A DNA stretch of 43,495 nt from Limisphaerales bacterium. GTDB taxonomy: Bacteria; Verrucomicrobiota; Verrucomicrobiia; Limisphaerales; SIBE01. The notes beneath the pieces were generated by a model. That model was given only the letters and a program-made list of their open reading frames with translations. It was not told where the DNA came from and did not search any database. Below, piece after piece: positions 7,195 to 15,965 of this stretch; positions within the stretch are counted from its first letter, which is position 1; each line of letters begins with the position of its first letter. The stretch is taken from contig JBGAIN010000056.1 in NCBI GenBank assembly GCA_044225505.1, forward strand, positions 1-43,495. Direction: 5' to 3'. The position numbers and the translations under genes were made by a program.

Positions 7195-8844
7195 GTGATC
7201 AAGTCCGTTTTCCTTTGTCTTAGCGCCACCTTACTTCAAAGCGCATGGCTGCTCGCGCAAAACAGCCTGCCTACCCCGCAGACCCTGATGGTGCCCATGC
7301 GCGATGGGGTCCATCTGGCCACAGACCTTTACCTCCCTGCGGGAACACCTCCGTTTCCGGTGGTATTGATGCGGACACCCTACAACAAAGCCAATGCTGG
7401 AGGAGCTGGCCCCAACACCTCTAAGCTCGGTTACGCAGTCGTCATCCAGGACACCCGAGGCCGATTTGCCTCGGAAGGGGAGAATTTGCCTTTCCATATG
7501 GAGGACAAAGACGGCTTCGACACGGTCGCATGGATTCTGAAACAAGGCTGGTGTAATGGAAAAGTTGGCACGTACGGCGGGTCCGCGCTTGGTATCGCTC
7601 AGCTGCAACTTGCGGGCACCGGCATCGAGGGGCTTGTTTGCCAGCACATTACGGTCGGTGCTCCAAGCTTGTTCCATGATGTCGTCTACACGGGAGGTGC
7701 GTTCCGCAAATCGCTCGTGGAAGACTGGCTAAAGGCCAGCAAGTTTAGCCCGCGCGCCCTCGAGCTGTGGTCGGGCCACGACGGGTATGATCGTTATTGG
7801 ATGGAGCGCGACGCAACGAAGCGCTACGCCAAAGCGAATGTCCCGGCACTGCATATCGGCGGCTATTACGACATTTTTGCGCAAGCGACGATTGACGCGT
7901 ATTTGGGACTGCAAACGCGAGGAGCTCCTGGCGCTCGAGGCACTCAGAAGCTCCTCATGGGCCCCTGGACACACGCCGTCTTAACCGAGAAGGTCGGTGA
8001 CTTGGTTTTTCCCAATGCCAAAGAACCGCCAAATAAGGTCCACGACGCCGCCCGCTGGTGGGAGCGTTACCTCAAAGGCGTTATGAACGGCGTCGATTCA
8101 CTTCCTGCGGTTACCTATTACGTCATGGGCGACGTGAGCGATCCACAAGCCCCTGGAAACGTTTGGCGCACCTCAGACCGTTGGCCACCCGTTCCCACCG
8201 ACTCAGTCCGATGGTACTTGCAGGATGACCAGACTCTGACGCCCTCACGCCCGCACGGCAGTGGTTCGATCACCTATTTGTACGATCCGAAAAAACCGGT
8301 TCCAACGGTCGGCGGATATCAGCTCACGATCCCAGCGGGGCCCAAAGATCAACGCTCCATCGAAGACCGTCCGGACGTCATTGTTTTCTCAAGCGCGCCT
8401 CTGAGCGAGCCGATCGAGGTGACCGGGCAGGTCAACGCCAAGCTTTATATCGCTAGCGACGCCCCAGATACGGACTTCGTCGTCAGACTGTGCGACGTGT
8501 ACCCGGACGGACGATCCTTTAACGTCTGTGAAGGAGTTATCCGGGCGAGGTATCGCCATGACTTCGCTCACGAGGATTTCCTAAAACCCGGACGCATCTA
8601 TCCGCTCGAAGTAGCGCTCTGGTCAACCAGCGTGGTTTTTAACCGCGGCCACCGTTTACGGTTGCACATCACATCCAGTAGTTCGCCAGGCTACGACCCT
8701 AACCCAAATACAGGGGAACCCCTGCGAATGAGCGACCGAACCGTGATCGCCCAAAATACGGTCTATGTGTCCCGACGTTGCCCTTCCTACCTGGAATTGC
8801 CGGTAGCAGACTCCAGGACGGTTTCCAGCTCAGGCAAACCGTGA
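7195..8844 (+). CDS. CocE/NonD family (S15-like) serine hydrolase, probably exported
   Basis: MRDGVHLATDLYLP, RTPY, QDTRGRFASEG, nucleophile GGSALG, GGYYD, GPWTH and a C-terminal PepX-like domain. Start uncertain (GTG 7195 vs TTG 7153). Confidence 0.9.
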   Translation: MIKSVFLCLSATLLQSAWLLAQNSLPTPQTLMVPMRDGVHLATDLYLPAGTPPFPVVLMRTPYNKANAGGAGPNTSKLGYAVVIQDTRGRFASEGENLPFHMEDKDGFDTVAWILKQGWCNGKVGTYGGSALGIAQLQLAGTGIEGLVCQHITVGAPSLFHDVVYTGGAFRKSLVEDWLKASKFSPRALELWSGHDGYDRYWMERDATKRYAKANVPALHIGGYYDIFAQATIDAYLGLQTRGAPGARGTQKLLMGPWTHAVLTEKVGDLVFPNAKEPPNKVHDAARWWERYLKGVMNGVDSLPAVTYYVMGDVSDPQAPGNVWRTSDRWPPVPTDSVRWYLQDDQTLTPSRPHGSGSITYLYDPKKPVPTVGGYQLTIPAGPKDQRSIEDRPDVIVFSSAPLSEPIEVTGQVNAKLYIASDAPDTDFVVRLCDVYPDGRSFNVCEGVIRARYRHDFAHEDFLKPGRIYPLEVALWSTSVVFNRGHRLRLHITSSSSPGYDPNPNTGEPLRMSDRTVIAQNTVYVSRRCPSYLELPVADSRTVSSSGKP

Positions 8845-8964
8845 ACTGGAGCCAGAAGCGGGACGTTTCGTGGAGGGCCAGGACCGATGCCAGAAGCCGA
8901 AAGGGGACCGGGTTGGATCGAGAGCAGGACACTTCAATTGTTTTCTAATCCACGCATGCAGCAA

Positions 8965-8992
8965 TTGACATTGAAGCGTCATCAATCATAAT
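8965..8992 (+). promoter_or_regulatory. Sigma70-type promoter, likely giving a leaderless mRNA for the peroxidase
   Basis: TTGACA-N16-CATAAT, then 6 nt to ATG 8999. Confidence 0.6.
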
Positions 8993-8998
8993 TCGCCC

Positions 8999-9550
8999 AT
9001 GAAATTGATCGCTTTTCTGGTATTGGCGTCCTGCTGTCTGCCGCTGATGGCAACTGCCGCGACTCCGTCTCTGTACGATGTACCGCTCAAGGACATCGAC
9101 GGAAAAGACACTTCTTTGAAAGCCTATAAAGGCCAAGTGCTTTTGATTGTCAATGTGGCGTCCAAGTGCGGCTATACCCCGCAGTACAAGGGACTGGAAG
9201 CTCTGCATCAGAAGTATAAGGATAAGGGATTTCAAGTGCTCGGATTTCCCTGCAACGATTTCGGGGCGCAGGAGCCTGGCTCGAATGCAGAGATTAAGAC
9301 CTTTTGCACTTCGCAATACGCCGTCACCTTCCCGATGTTTGACAAACTCCACGTCAAAGGTGCGGAGCAACATCCCCTCTACACCGCACTCACGGGCAAA
9401 GATTCTCAGTATCCCGGCGATGTGAAATGGAATTTCGGCAAGTTTCTCATCGGCCGTGATGGAAAACTGTTTCAGCGGTTCGACTCGAAAGTGACGCCTG
9501 ACTCTGCTGAACTGACTCATGCGGTAGAAGCCGCGCTCGCCGCCAAGTAA
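8999..9550 (+). CDS. Glutathione peroxidase family protein (Cys-type) with signal peptide
   Basis: NVASKCGYT, LGFPCNDFGAQEPG, KWNFGKFL. Confidence 0.95.
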   Translation: MKLIAFLVLASCCLPLMATAATPSLYDVPLKDIDGKDTSLKAYKGQVLLIVNVASKCGYTPQYKGLEALHQKYKDKGFQVLGFPCNDFGAQEPGSNAEIKTFCTSQYAVTFPMFDKLHVKGAEQHPLYTALTGKDSQYPGDVKWNFGKFLIGRDGKLFQRFDSKVTPDSAELTHAVEAALAAK

Positions 9551-9608
9551 GTCCATCCCACCTAAAGGCGAAAGCCAGGGGTGTTAATGCGGGCCAACTC
9601 ACAATTTT

Positions 9609-9911
9609 ATGGCAAAAGTTAAGCACATCGCTCTTTTGAAGTTCAAAGACGGAACGAGTGAAGACCAGATCCAGGGCATCTTCGACAACATTCTCGACAT
9701 TACCGAGACCATTCCTGGCATCGAAGACTACGTCTCGGGTCCCTATGCAAGTCCGGAAGGATTGAATCAAGGCTACACGCATGGCTTGATCATGACGTTC
9801 GCTGACGCGGCCTCGAGGGACGGTTACCTGGCCCATCCGGACCATGAGCGGGTCAAGTCGGCTTTTCTCCCGAATATTGAATCCCTCTTGGCGTTTGACT
9901 TTGAGGTTTAA
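9609..9911 (+). CDS. Dabb / stress-responsive A/B barrel protein
   Basis: VKHIALLKFK...IPGI...GYTHGLIMTF...YLAHPDH...AFDFE. Confidence 0.9.
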   Translation: MAKVKHIALLKFKDGTSEDQIQGIFDNILDITETIPGIEDYVSGPYASPEGLNQGYTHGLIMTFADAASRDGYLAHPDHERVKSAFLPNIESLLAFDFEV

Positions 9912-10073
9912 CCGACCGGTGGGGTTGTCGGCGTCACGCACCTCGCAATCTCGGGCCGCTACCGGCCGTAGGTCGCTTTGGAAGCAGTGGATGCCTAAGA
10001 CGGCGACCGGCCAAATCAAATCTCCTGGTCGGTTTCACTGGATTTTAGACCGATCGAGCTCCATTATTCTCTC

Positions 10074-10448
10074 ATGAAACTGATTCTATCGACGCATAAC
10101 GTGACGTTGACCAAGGCGATCGAAGACCATGTTCTCAGTCGCTTGGAAAAACTCGCGCATTTGGATCGGTTCGCCATTGATGCCCGCGTGACTCTGGACC
10201 ATGATCACACGCGCATTCCCGAACGGGCCTTTACCTGCTCGATCCGACTGAGCGTGCCTGGCCCCGATTTGTTTGCGGAAGATTCTGAAAGCGACCTTTA
10301 TGCGGCGATTGACGTCGTCAGCAAGAAAATCGAGCAGCAGATTCGCAAGCGCCAAAACAAACACAAAGCGCGAAAGCACACGGAAGCGGCGACCACCAAA
10401 CGCAAACGCCAAGAAGCGCAGTTACAGTCTGACCCGGACGTTTCTTGA
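10074..10448 (+). CDS. hpf: Ribosome hibernation promoting factor / RaiA family
   Basis: NVTLTKAIEDHVLSRLEKL...DLYAAIDVVSKKIEQQIRK. Confidence 0.9.
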   Translation: MKLILSTHNVTLTKAIEDHVLSRLEKLAHLDRFAIDARVTLDHDHTRIPERAFTCSIRLSVPGPDLFAEDSESDLYAAIDVVSKKIEQQIRKRQNKHKARKHTEAATTKRKRQEAQLQSDPDVS

Positions 10449-11785
10449 GTTCGTCTGAGGCTGGGCGAACGCTTGCTCTGTTTCCTGTGGCCGCCCTCCC
10501 TCATCGATCGAACCCTCGAGCCCCTAGCGGGCGCACGCTCTTCCGGGCGCGCGTGGTTTTGCCCGTAGTCACGCCGCCGATCGACGATGGCGCGGTGTTA
10601 GTCGGCGGAAATCAGATATTGCGCGTCGGTCCTTGGAACGATCTTCGGCTGGATGGCACCGGACAGGTATGGGATTTGGGAGAGTCCATTCTCCTGCCCG
10701 GCCTGATTAATGCCCATTGCCACTTGGACTACACGGACATGGTTGGGCAGATCCCTCCTCCCAAGTCGTTCTCCGATTGGATCAAAGCTCTTCTCGCGCT
10801 CAAAGCTCATCGAACCTATTCCGACTACGCCTCGTCCTGGCTGTCGGGAGCGCAAATGCTGCTTCGGCACGGAACGACGACCGTCGCGGATATTGAGGCA
10901 GTCCCGGAACTGTTACCGGATGTGCTTACGACGACGCCCATGCGGGTTTGGTCCTTGATCGAAGTGACCGGAGTCCGAAGCCGGCGCCCAGCCGAGGAGA
11001 TCCTGCAACGCGCAGCCCAGACCATCGCTTCGATTGCCAGCGCAGAGGGTCATCGCGCCGGACTCTCACCTCATGCACCTTACTCCACAACCGGGGAGTT
11101 GTTACGCCTGAGTGCCGAAACGGCGCGGAAGCAACAATGGATCATGGCCACACACGTTGCGGAGTCGGTCGAGGAATCTGAAATGTATCTAGCCGGCAAA
11201 GGTCCGATGTTCGACTGGCTCCAAGGCCAGCGTGATATGTCGGATTGCGCCTGTGGCTCGCCGGTGCAGCATTTGCATCGGAACGGGGTGCTCGGCCCGA
11301 ATTTGCTAGCGATTCACGCCAACTACGTGAGCGAAGACGACGCCAACTTGCTGGGGCACCACGGAACCCACGTTGTCCATTGTCCGCGCAGCCACGCTTA
11401 CTTTCGCCATGCGCCATTTCCGCGCGCTACTCTCACCGCCGCCGGCGTCAACATCTGCCTGGGAACTGACAGTCTCGCTAGCGTTCGGCGGCAACCCAGG
11501 GTAAAACCCGAGCTGAACATGTTCGCGGAAATGCGCACGCTGGCGGACCGAGACGACGGCATTGATGCTGCGGGCATTGTGCGCTTGGCCACCGTGAACG
11601 CGGCGCGGGCGCTGGGTGCGACCGGGCAATTGGGCGAACTCTCCGCCGGTGCTCTCGCCGATCTGATTGCTATCCCGTTCTCTGGCCGAACGTCACTCGC
11701 TTATGAAGCGATCCTCCGCCATCGGACAGAGACGCGCGGCGTTATGATCGACGGCCGTTGGGCCATCGCCCCTGGGTCGGTTTAA
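10445..11785 (+). CDS. Metal-dependent amidohydrolase (MTA/SAH or aminodeoxyfutalosine deaminase-like)
   Basis: PGLINAHCHLDY, LSPHAPYS, THVAES, HCPRS, LGTDSLAS; start uncertain. Confidence 0.85.
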   Translation: MSSSEAGRTLALFPVAALPHRSNPRAPSGRTLFRARVVLPVVTPPIDDGAVLVGGNQILRVGPWNDLRLDGTGQVWDLGESILLPGLINAHCHLDYTDMVGQIPPPKSFSDWIKALLALKAHRTYSDYASSWLSGAQMLLRHGTTTVADIEAVPELLPDVLTTTPMRVWSLIEVTGVRSRRPAEEILQRAAQTIASIASAEGHRAGLSPHAPYSTTGELLRLSAETARKQQWIMATHVAESVEESEMYLAGKGPMFDWLQGQRDMSDCACGSPVQHLHRNGVLGPNLLAIHANYVSEDDANLLGHHGTHVVHCPRSHAYFRHAPFPRATLTAAGVNICLGTDSLASVRRQPRVKPELNMFAEMRTLADRDDGIDAAGIVRLATVNAARALGATGQLGELSAGALADLIAIPFSGRTSLAYEAILRHRTETRGVMIDGRWAIAPGSV

Positions 11786-11820
11786 ACCCGGTATCGGCGC
11801 GCGACGCGTCGATAGTCGCA

Positions 11821-12720
11821 TCAAGAGTTCGCCAAGACTCTGAACCCCTCGTTATCCGCGCTCAACGTCAGCACCGTTGACTCGGGCAAGCGCGATTGCA
11901 TCGCCTCAGCCACCTCCCGTTCACGCGACATCGCCAAGCAGATAATCGCAGAACCAGACCCGCTCAACCACCCTCCGACCGCGCCCGCTTCTTCTCCCGC
12001 ACGGATGACCTGAGTCAGTTCCGGGATCAATTTCTCTCGATACGGTTGATGAACACGATCCTCAAAGCACCCCTTGAGCGACTCGAATTGCCCGGAAGCA
12101 AGCCCGGCAGCAAGCAATGCAGTCCGGTTCAAATTGTGGACCGTGTCGTGCTTGCTGTAACTGTCAGGCAGCAACTTCCGAGCTTCTTTCGTCACGATTC
12201 CAAACTCCGGAATCAAAGTGACAAACCGAGCTTGCGCGCTGACGGGAAAATGCAGGCACCGAACGGAGTTCTGCAACCGGCTCGAGACCGTGAATCCCCC
12301 AAAGATGGCTGGAGATGCATTGTCGGGATGCCCTTCGAGAGTGGTTGCGAGCTCCAAGAGTTGGCCTCGAGCCCAACCGCCTCCGGTCATCGCGTTTAGC
12401 CCAGCTAAAAGTCCCACGCGAACGGTCGAGCTGAACCCGAGTCCACGGGCAATCGGAACGTTTCCACTCAACGAAACTTCCAAACCGAATCGAGCTTGAC
12501 CACTCTCGCAGAAAAACAAATCCACGGCCTCGCGAACCATTGCGGTTGCGCCGGCTAGATGCTCCGGAGGAATGGGAGAAACACAGCGAACTTCCAGATC
12601 AGAGGCCGGCGCCACTCGAACGACGGTATAAAGTCGAAGTGCTAACCCGAGCGTATCAAATCCCGGGCCCAGATTGGAAGTCGAGCACGGGACTTGCACC
12701 GAGGCGGAGTCAAATCGCAT
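11821..12720 (-). CDS. thrB: Homoserine kinase
   Basis: STSNLGPGFDTLGLAL, PIARGLGFSS, EGHPDNASPA, HQPYR, LSGSGSA. Confidence 0.95.
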   Translation of the reverse strand: MRFDSASVQVPCSTSNLGPGFDTLGLALRLYTVVRVAPASDLEVRCVSPIPPEHLAGATAMVREAVDLFFCESGQARFGLEVSLSGNVPIARGLGFSSTVRVGLLAGLNAMTGGGWARGQLLELATTLEGHPDNASPAIFGGFTVSSRLQNSVRCLHFPVSAQARFVTLIPEFGIVTKEARKLLPDSYSKHDTVHNLNRTALLAAGLASGQFESLKGCFEDRVHQPYREKLIPELTQVIRAGEEAGAVGGWLSGSGSAIICLAMSREREVAEAMQSRLPESTVLTLSADNEGFRVLANS

Positions 12721-12761
12721 AACAAAACGTCGCAATAAGGGACGCCTGTGAACGACGAGGG

Positions 12762-13367
12762 TTATCCTTCAAGACCGATTCCGTTCGGGCGCCGCAGCAA
12801 ATCGAAGTGATACAGCGCGACGACCACTAACGAATGGCGCACTCGTCCGGAACGGATGAGATCTGGGATTTGAGAAACCGGCACCAGATGGGTAACGAGA
12901 TCTTCGCAATGATCAAAAACGGTGGAGTGCTTCAGCTCGCATTGCTCAACGAGGACCGTATGGCAACGGTTCTGCATGATCGCGGGATTTGGCAGAATAT
13001 CTCCAATGATCCGCCCGCCTCGTCCTTCATACCCAGTCTCCTCGCGCAATTCCCTCAAGCCTGTGGCTAAGGGGGATGTCTCGCCCGGATCCATCATACC
13101 GCCCGGGATCTCCAGTTCGACCGTTTCTGATCCGTGGCGATACTGCTCGACCATGACCAGTTCGTCTCGCGGTGTCAAAGCGATGACATTGACCCAATCC
13201 ACGCATTCCAACACGTAAAAGTCATGCGCTTCCCCCGTCCGCGGGGACCGGCAAAGATCCGACCGGATGGTGAAGATGCGAAAATCGCCGACCGGTTTGG
13301 AACTGATTTTCGACCAGGGTTGAACGGAATCTGAGTGGAATGAATTTCGCCGCTTTGGGTCGTTCAC
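12762..13367 (-). CDS. Nudix hydrolase (ADP-ribose pyrophosphatase-like)
   Basis: EQYRHG, Nudix box GGMMDPGETSPLATGLRELREETGY; GTG start overlaps the upstream stop (GTGA). Confidence 0.9.
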   Translation of the reverse strand: MNDPKRRNSFHSDSVQPWSKISSKPVGDFRIFTIRSDLCRSPRTGEAHDFYVLECVDWVNVIALTPRDELVMVEQYRHGSETVELEIPGGMMDPGETSPLATGLRELREETGYEGRGGRIIGDILPNPAIMQNRCHTVLVEQCELKHSTVFDHCEDLVTHLVPVSQIPDLIRSGRVRHSLVVVALYHFDLLRRPNGIGLEG

Positions 13368-13561
13368 TGAATGCCTCGTTCTTTCGCAGCCCAACCTTGC
13401 CGCATCAGTTGTAACAGATGCATCATGGCCGTTTCGTAGCTGGTACTTTTTTGGGTGGCAAGCTGGAGCGCGCGTTTGTGCATCTGAGCCGCCATCTCAG
13501 GTGCTTTTGCAGATGGGCACCCCAACGCCACCAACGCGGCTGTCAACTCCGTCAGTTCCAT
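13364..13561 (-). CDS. Small hypothetical protein (65 aa)
   Basis: Fills the gap between co-directional genes, overlaps the Nudix start, and has a helical-looking composition. Confidence 0.65.
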   Translation of the reverse strand: MELTELTAALVALGCPSAKAPEMAAQMHKRALQLATQKSTSYETAMMHLLQLMRQGWAAKERGIQ

Positions 13562-13600
13562 CGCTCGGTCATGAACTCATGACTGCGTCCAAAACACCGG

Positions 13601-14125
13601 TTAAGTTCCAGACTCGGCCGACATAATCTTGACACTCTCTACCCCGACTCGCTTGGTCGGCTTGCTTTTTTCGCCTCCGCGATTTGTGGTAGGGGTATCG
13701 CCGATCTTGGCTAAAACCTCATCCCCCTGGATCAGCTCGCCAAACGCAGTGTATTGCCGGTCCAGAAAACGGGCGTCGCCTAAGCAAATGAAAAACTGGC
13801 TTCCGGCGGAGTCCGGGTTCTGCGAGCGCGCCATAGAGATCACTCCGCGCACATGGGCTCGGTCGCTGAACTCGGCTTTGATCTGGTATCCCGGGCCTCC
13901 CGTTCCCCAGCGATCCTCGGCGCGCGCGTCCTTCGTCAGGGGATCTCCCCCTTGGATCATAAAACCCTTGACGATCCGATGAAACGCCGTGCCATCGTAG
14001 AAGCCCTCGTTCGCGAGCTTCTTAAAATTTTCGACCGTGCGGGGTGCAACGTCACTCCAAAAGCGAATTGTCATTTCGCCCTCGGTCGTTCGGATTACAG
14101 CTGTCTCGTTGGATCTATTGCTCAC
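13601..14125 (-). CDS. Cyclophilin-type peptidyl-prolyl isomerase (cytoplasmic)
   Basis: APRTVENF, FHRIVKGFMIQGGDP, SMARS..SAGSQFFI, YTAFG; AAAGGA before GTG 14125. Confidence 0.93.
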   Translation of the reverse strand: MSNRSNETAVIRTTEGEMTIRFWSDVAPRTVENFKKLANEGFYDGTAFHRIVKGFMIQGGDPLTKDARAEDRWGTGGPGYQIKAEFSDRAHVRGVISMARSQNPDSAGSQFFICLGDARFLDRQYTAFGELIQGDEVLAKIGDTPTTNRGGEKSKPTKRVGVESVKIMSAESGT

Positions 14126-14164
14126 ATTTCCTTTCTTTGTTTTCAAATCCGTCCGTCAACTCGC

Positions 14165-14821
14165 TCACTTGGCAGCACCCGGAACGATCCGGACTGACTC
14201 CACCACGATTCGCGTCTTCGGTTTGCTCGGTTCACCGTTGCGAGAAGGTCCGACAGGCGTCTCACCAATCTTCACGAGAACATCCTCCCCTTTCACTACC
14301 TTGCCAAAGGCGGTATACCGCTTGTCCAAGTGTTCCGCCCGGTCCAAACAAACGAAGAATTGCGAGCCCGCAGTGTCCGCAAATTGCGGACGCGGCATAG
14401 CTCCGAACCGTTCTTGCGGATCTCCGTTTCGAGCCATTGACAAAACACCTCGGACATGAAGGCGATCGTTGAATTCCGCTTTAATCTTGTATCCGGGATC
14501 TCCCGTCCCGTAGGAATCCTCCTTACTTGGATCCTTGGTATTGGGATCCCCGCCCTGGATCATAAATCCTTTGATGATCCGGTGAAACGCCGTTCCATCA
14601 AAAAAACCTTCACGGGCTAGCTTTTTGAAATTCTCGACCGTTTTCGGGGCCACGTCTGGCCAGAACTCAACCACCATTTCCCCCATGGACGTCTTAATCA
14701 CGGCCATTTCGTTGGTCGCACTCGGAGCGGATTTAGGGCTCTCTTCCTTTTTGTCAACCTGGCCAAAGCCAACCCTCGTGCACAAGAGCAAGGCCAAGCC
14801 AAACAGGCAAAGTTTGTTCAT
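14165..14821 (-). CDS. Cyclophilin-type peptidyl-prolyl isomerase with signal peptide
   Basis: Same cyclophilin motifs plus N-terminal MNKLCLFGLALLL... Confidence 0.93.
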   Translation of the reverse strand: MNKLCLFGLALLLCTRVGFGQVDKKEESPKSAPSATNEMAVIKTSMGEMVVEFWPDVAPKTVENFKKLAREGFFDGTAFHRIIKGFMIQGGDPNTKDPSKEDSYGTGDPGYKIKAEFNDRLHVRGVLSMARNGDPQERFGAMPRPQFADTAGSQFFVCLDRAEHLDKRYTAFGKVVKGEDVLVKIGETPVGPSRNGEPSKPKTRIVVESVRIVPGAAK

Positions 14822-14852
14822 CCGACACATCTGCCACGCCCTGGTGCTCTTG

Positions 14853-15953
14853 TCACGCGAAGTTTTCCTCGAACGGAAGCGAGGTAATCGTGGCGAGGCT
14901 CTCGCTTGGACCGACCCGGAGCGTTAATTTTGTTCCCGGAGCATTCACCTCGCGCCGGACGTAAGCCAAGGCCAGGTTGGCGTGAAACCGCAATGAAGTC
15001 ACCGCACTCGTAATGACGCCGACCTCCACCCCGTTGTGCCAGAGAGGGGTGCCTCGCCCGGGAAGTGCCGGCAAGTCGGACGCCAACCGCAATCCGCGGA
15101 GAGCTTTCGCCACCTGCCCGTAAGTTCGGATTCGAGCGATGACCTCCTGCCCAATGTAACATCCTTTGCTGTAACTGATGGCCCGCGCTTCCAGGCCTGC
15201 TTCCGGCGGCAAATTCGTCTCGTCCATGTCGACGCCAAATCGTGGAATTCCAGCTTCGACGCGAGCCAATTCCAACGCCTTCCACCCACAAAAGCGCCCC
15301 CTGGCTGTCAGAACGGAGCTCTGCATCGTGCGCGCCGCCTGTTCGAAGGTCTCGGCAGGGATGAACCAATCGTAACCGGGCATAGCCAGACGCGGATGGT
15401 TCACAAGGTAAGTACTCCCAAACACCGGATCGACCTTGGATAGCACTTGGAATCGCTCCGCGGGCAAAGCAATCCCGACGAGCGCATGCTCCAACACGGC
15501 AGCCGCGTTCGGGCCTTGCACCGACAGAAGGCCGTAATACGGTGCGGCGTCAACAATCTGAACGTCATCCGCGATGATGTATTGATTGAGGCGCTGCTCG
15601 ACCTTTTCCGTAAAACCCGGCTCAAAATCAAGGAGGAGCTCCTCGGCGAGCTGGAATATATTCAGGTCGCTCACCATCTTCCCTTTCGCGGTCACTAAGG
15701 CCGCGTAACATCCGCCGCCCACAGGCAACCTTTTAACGTCGTTCGTCACCTGCCCGTGGAGGAAACGCTGCCGATCCGCGCCCGTCACGCATACTCGCCC
15801 CCGCGGGCTGAAGTCAAACACCCCCGCAGACGTCCGCAACGCTTGATACTCCTCGGAGACGCTCCCATACTGCGCGACAACCTCCATCTCGTTCAGGGCC
15901 TGAAACTCAGCGTTCATCCCGGTGTGGAAGTCGTGTATCAACAGTGGTTTCAT
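14853..15953 (-). CDS. ygfZ: Folate-binding YgfZ/GcvT family protein
   Basis: FLHGQVTND, ARVEAG, and the YgfZ signature KGCYIGQE. Confidence 0.88.
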   Translation of the reverse strand: MKPLLIHDFHTGMNAEFQALNEMEVVAQYGSVSEEYQALRTSAGVFDFSPRGRVCVTGADRQRFLHGQVTNDVKRLPVGGGCYAALVTAKGKMVSDLNIFQLAEELLLDFEPGFTEKVEQRLNQYIIADDVQIVDAAPYYGLLSVQGPNAAAVLEHALVGIALPAERFQVLSKVDPVFGSTYLVNHPRLAMPGYDWFIPAETFEQAARTMQSSVLTARGRFCGWKALELARVEAGIPRFGVDMDETNLPPEAGLEARAISYSKGCYIGQEVIARIRTYGQVAKALRGLRLASDLPALPGRGTPLWHNGVEVGVITSAVTSLRFHANLALAYVRREVNAPGTKLTLRVGPSESLATITSLPFEENFA

Positions 15954-15965
15954 AAACTCAATCCC

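Noticed and set aside
9167..9169. Selenocysteine in the glutathione peroxidase
   Set aside because: The active-site codon is TGC (Cys).
9970..9987. AGGTC-N6-GAAGCAG resembling the SRP (4.5S) RNA core
   Set aside because: The six central bases (GCTTTG) lack the GNRA tetraloop and its closing base pair.
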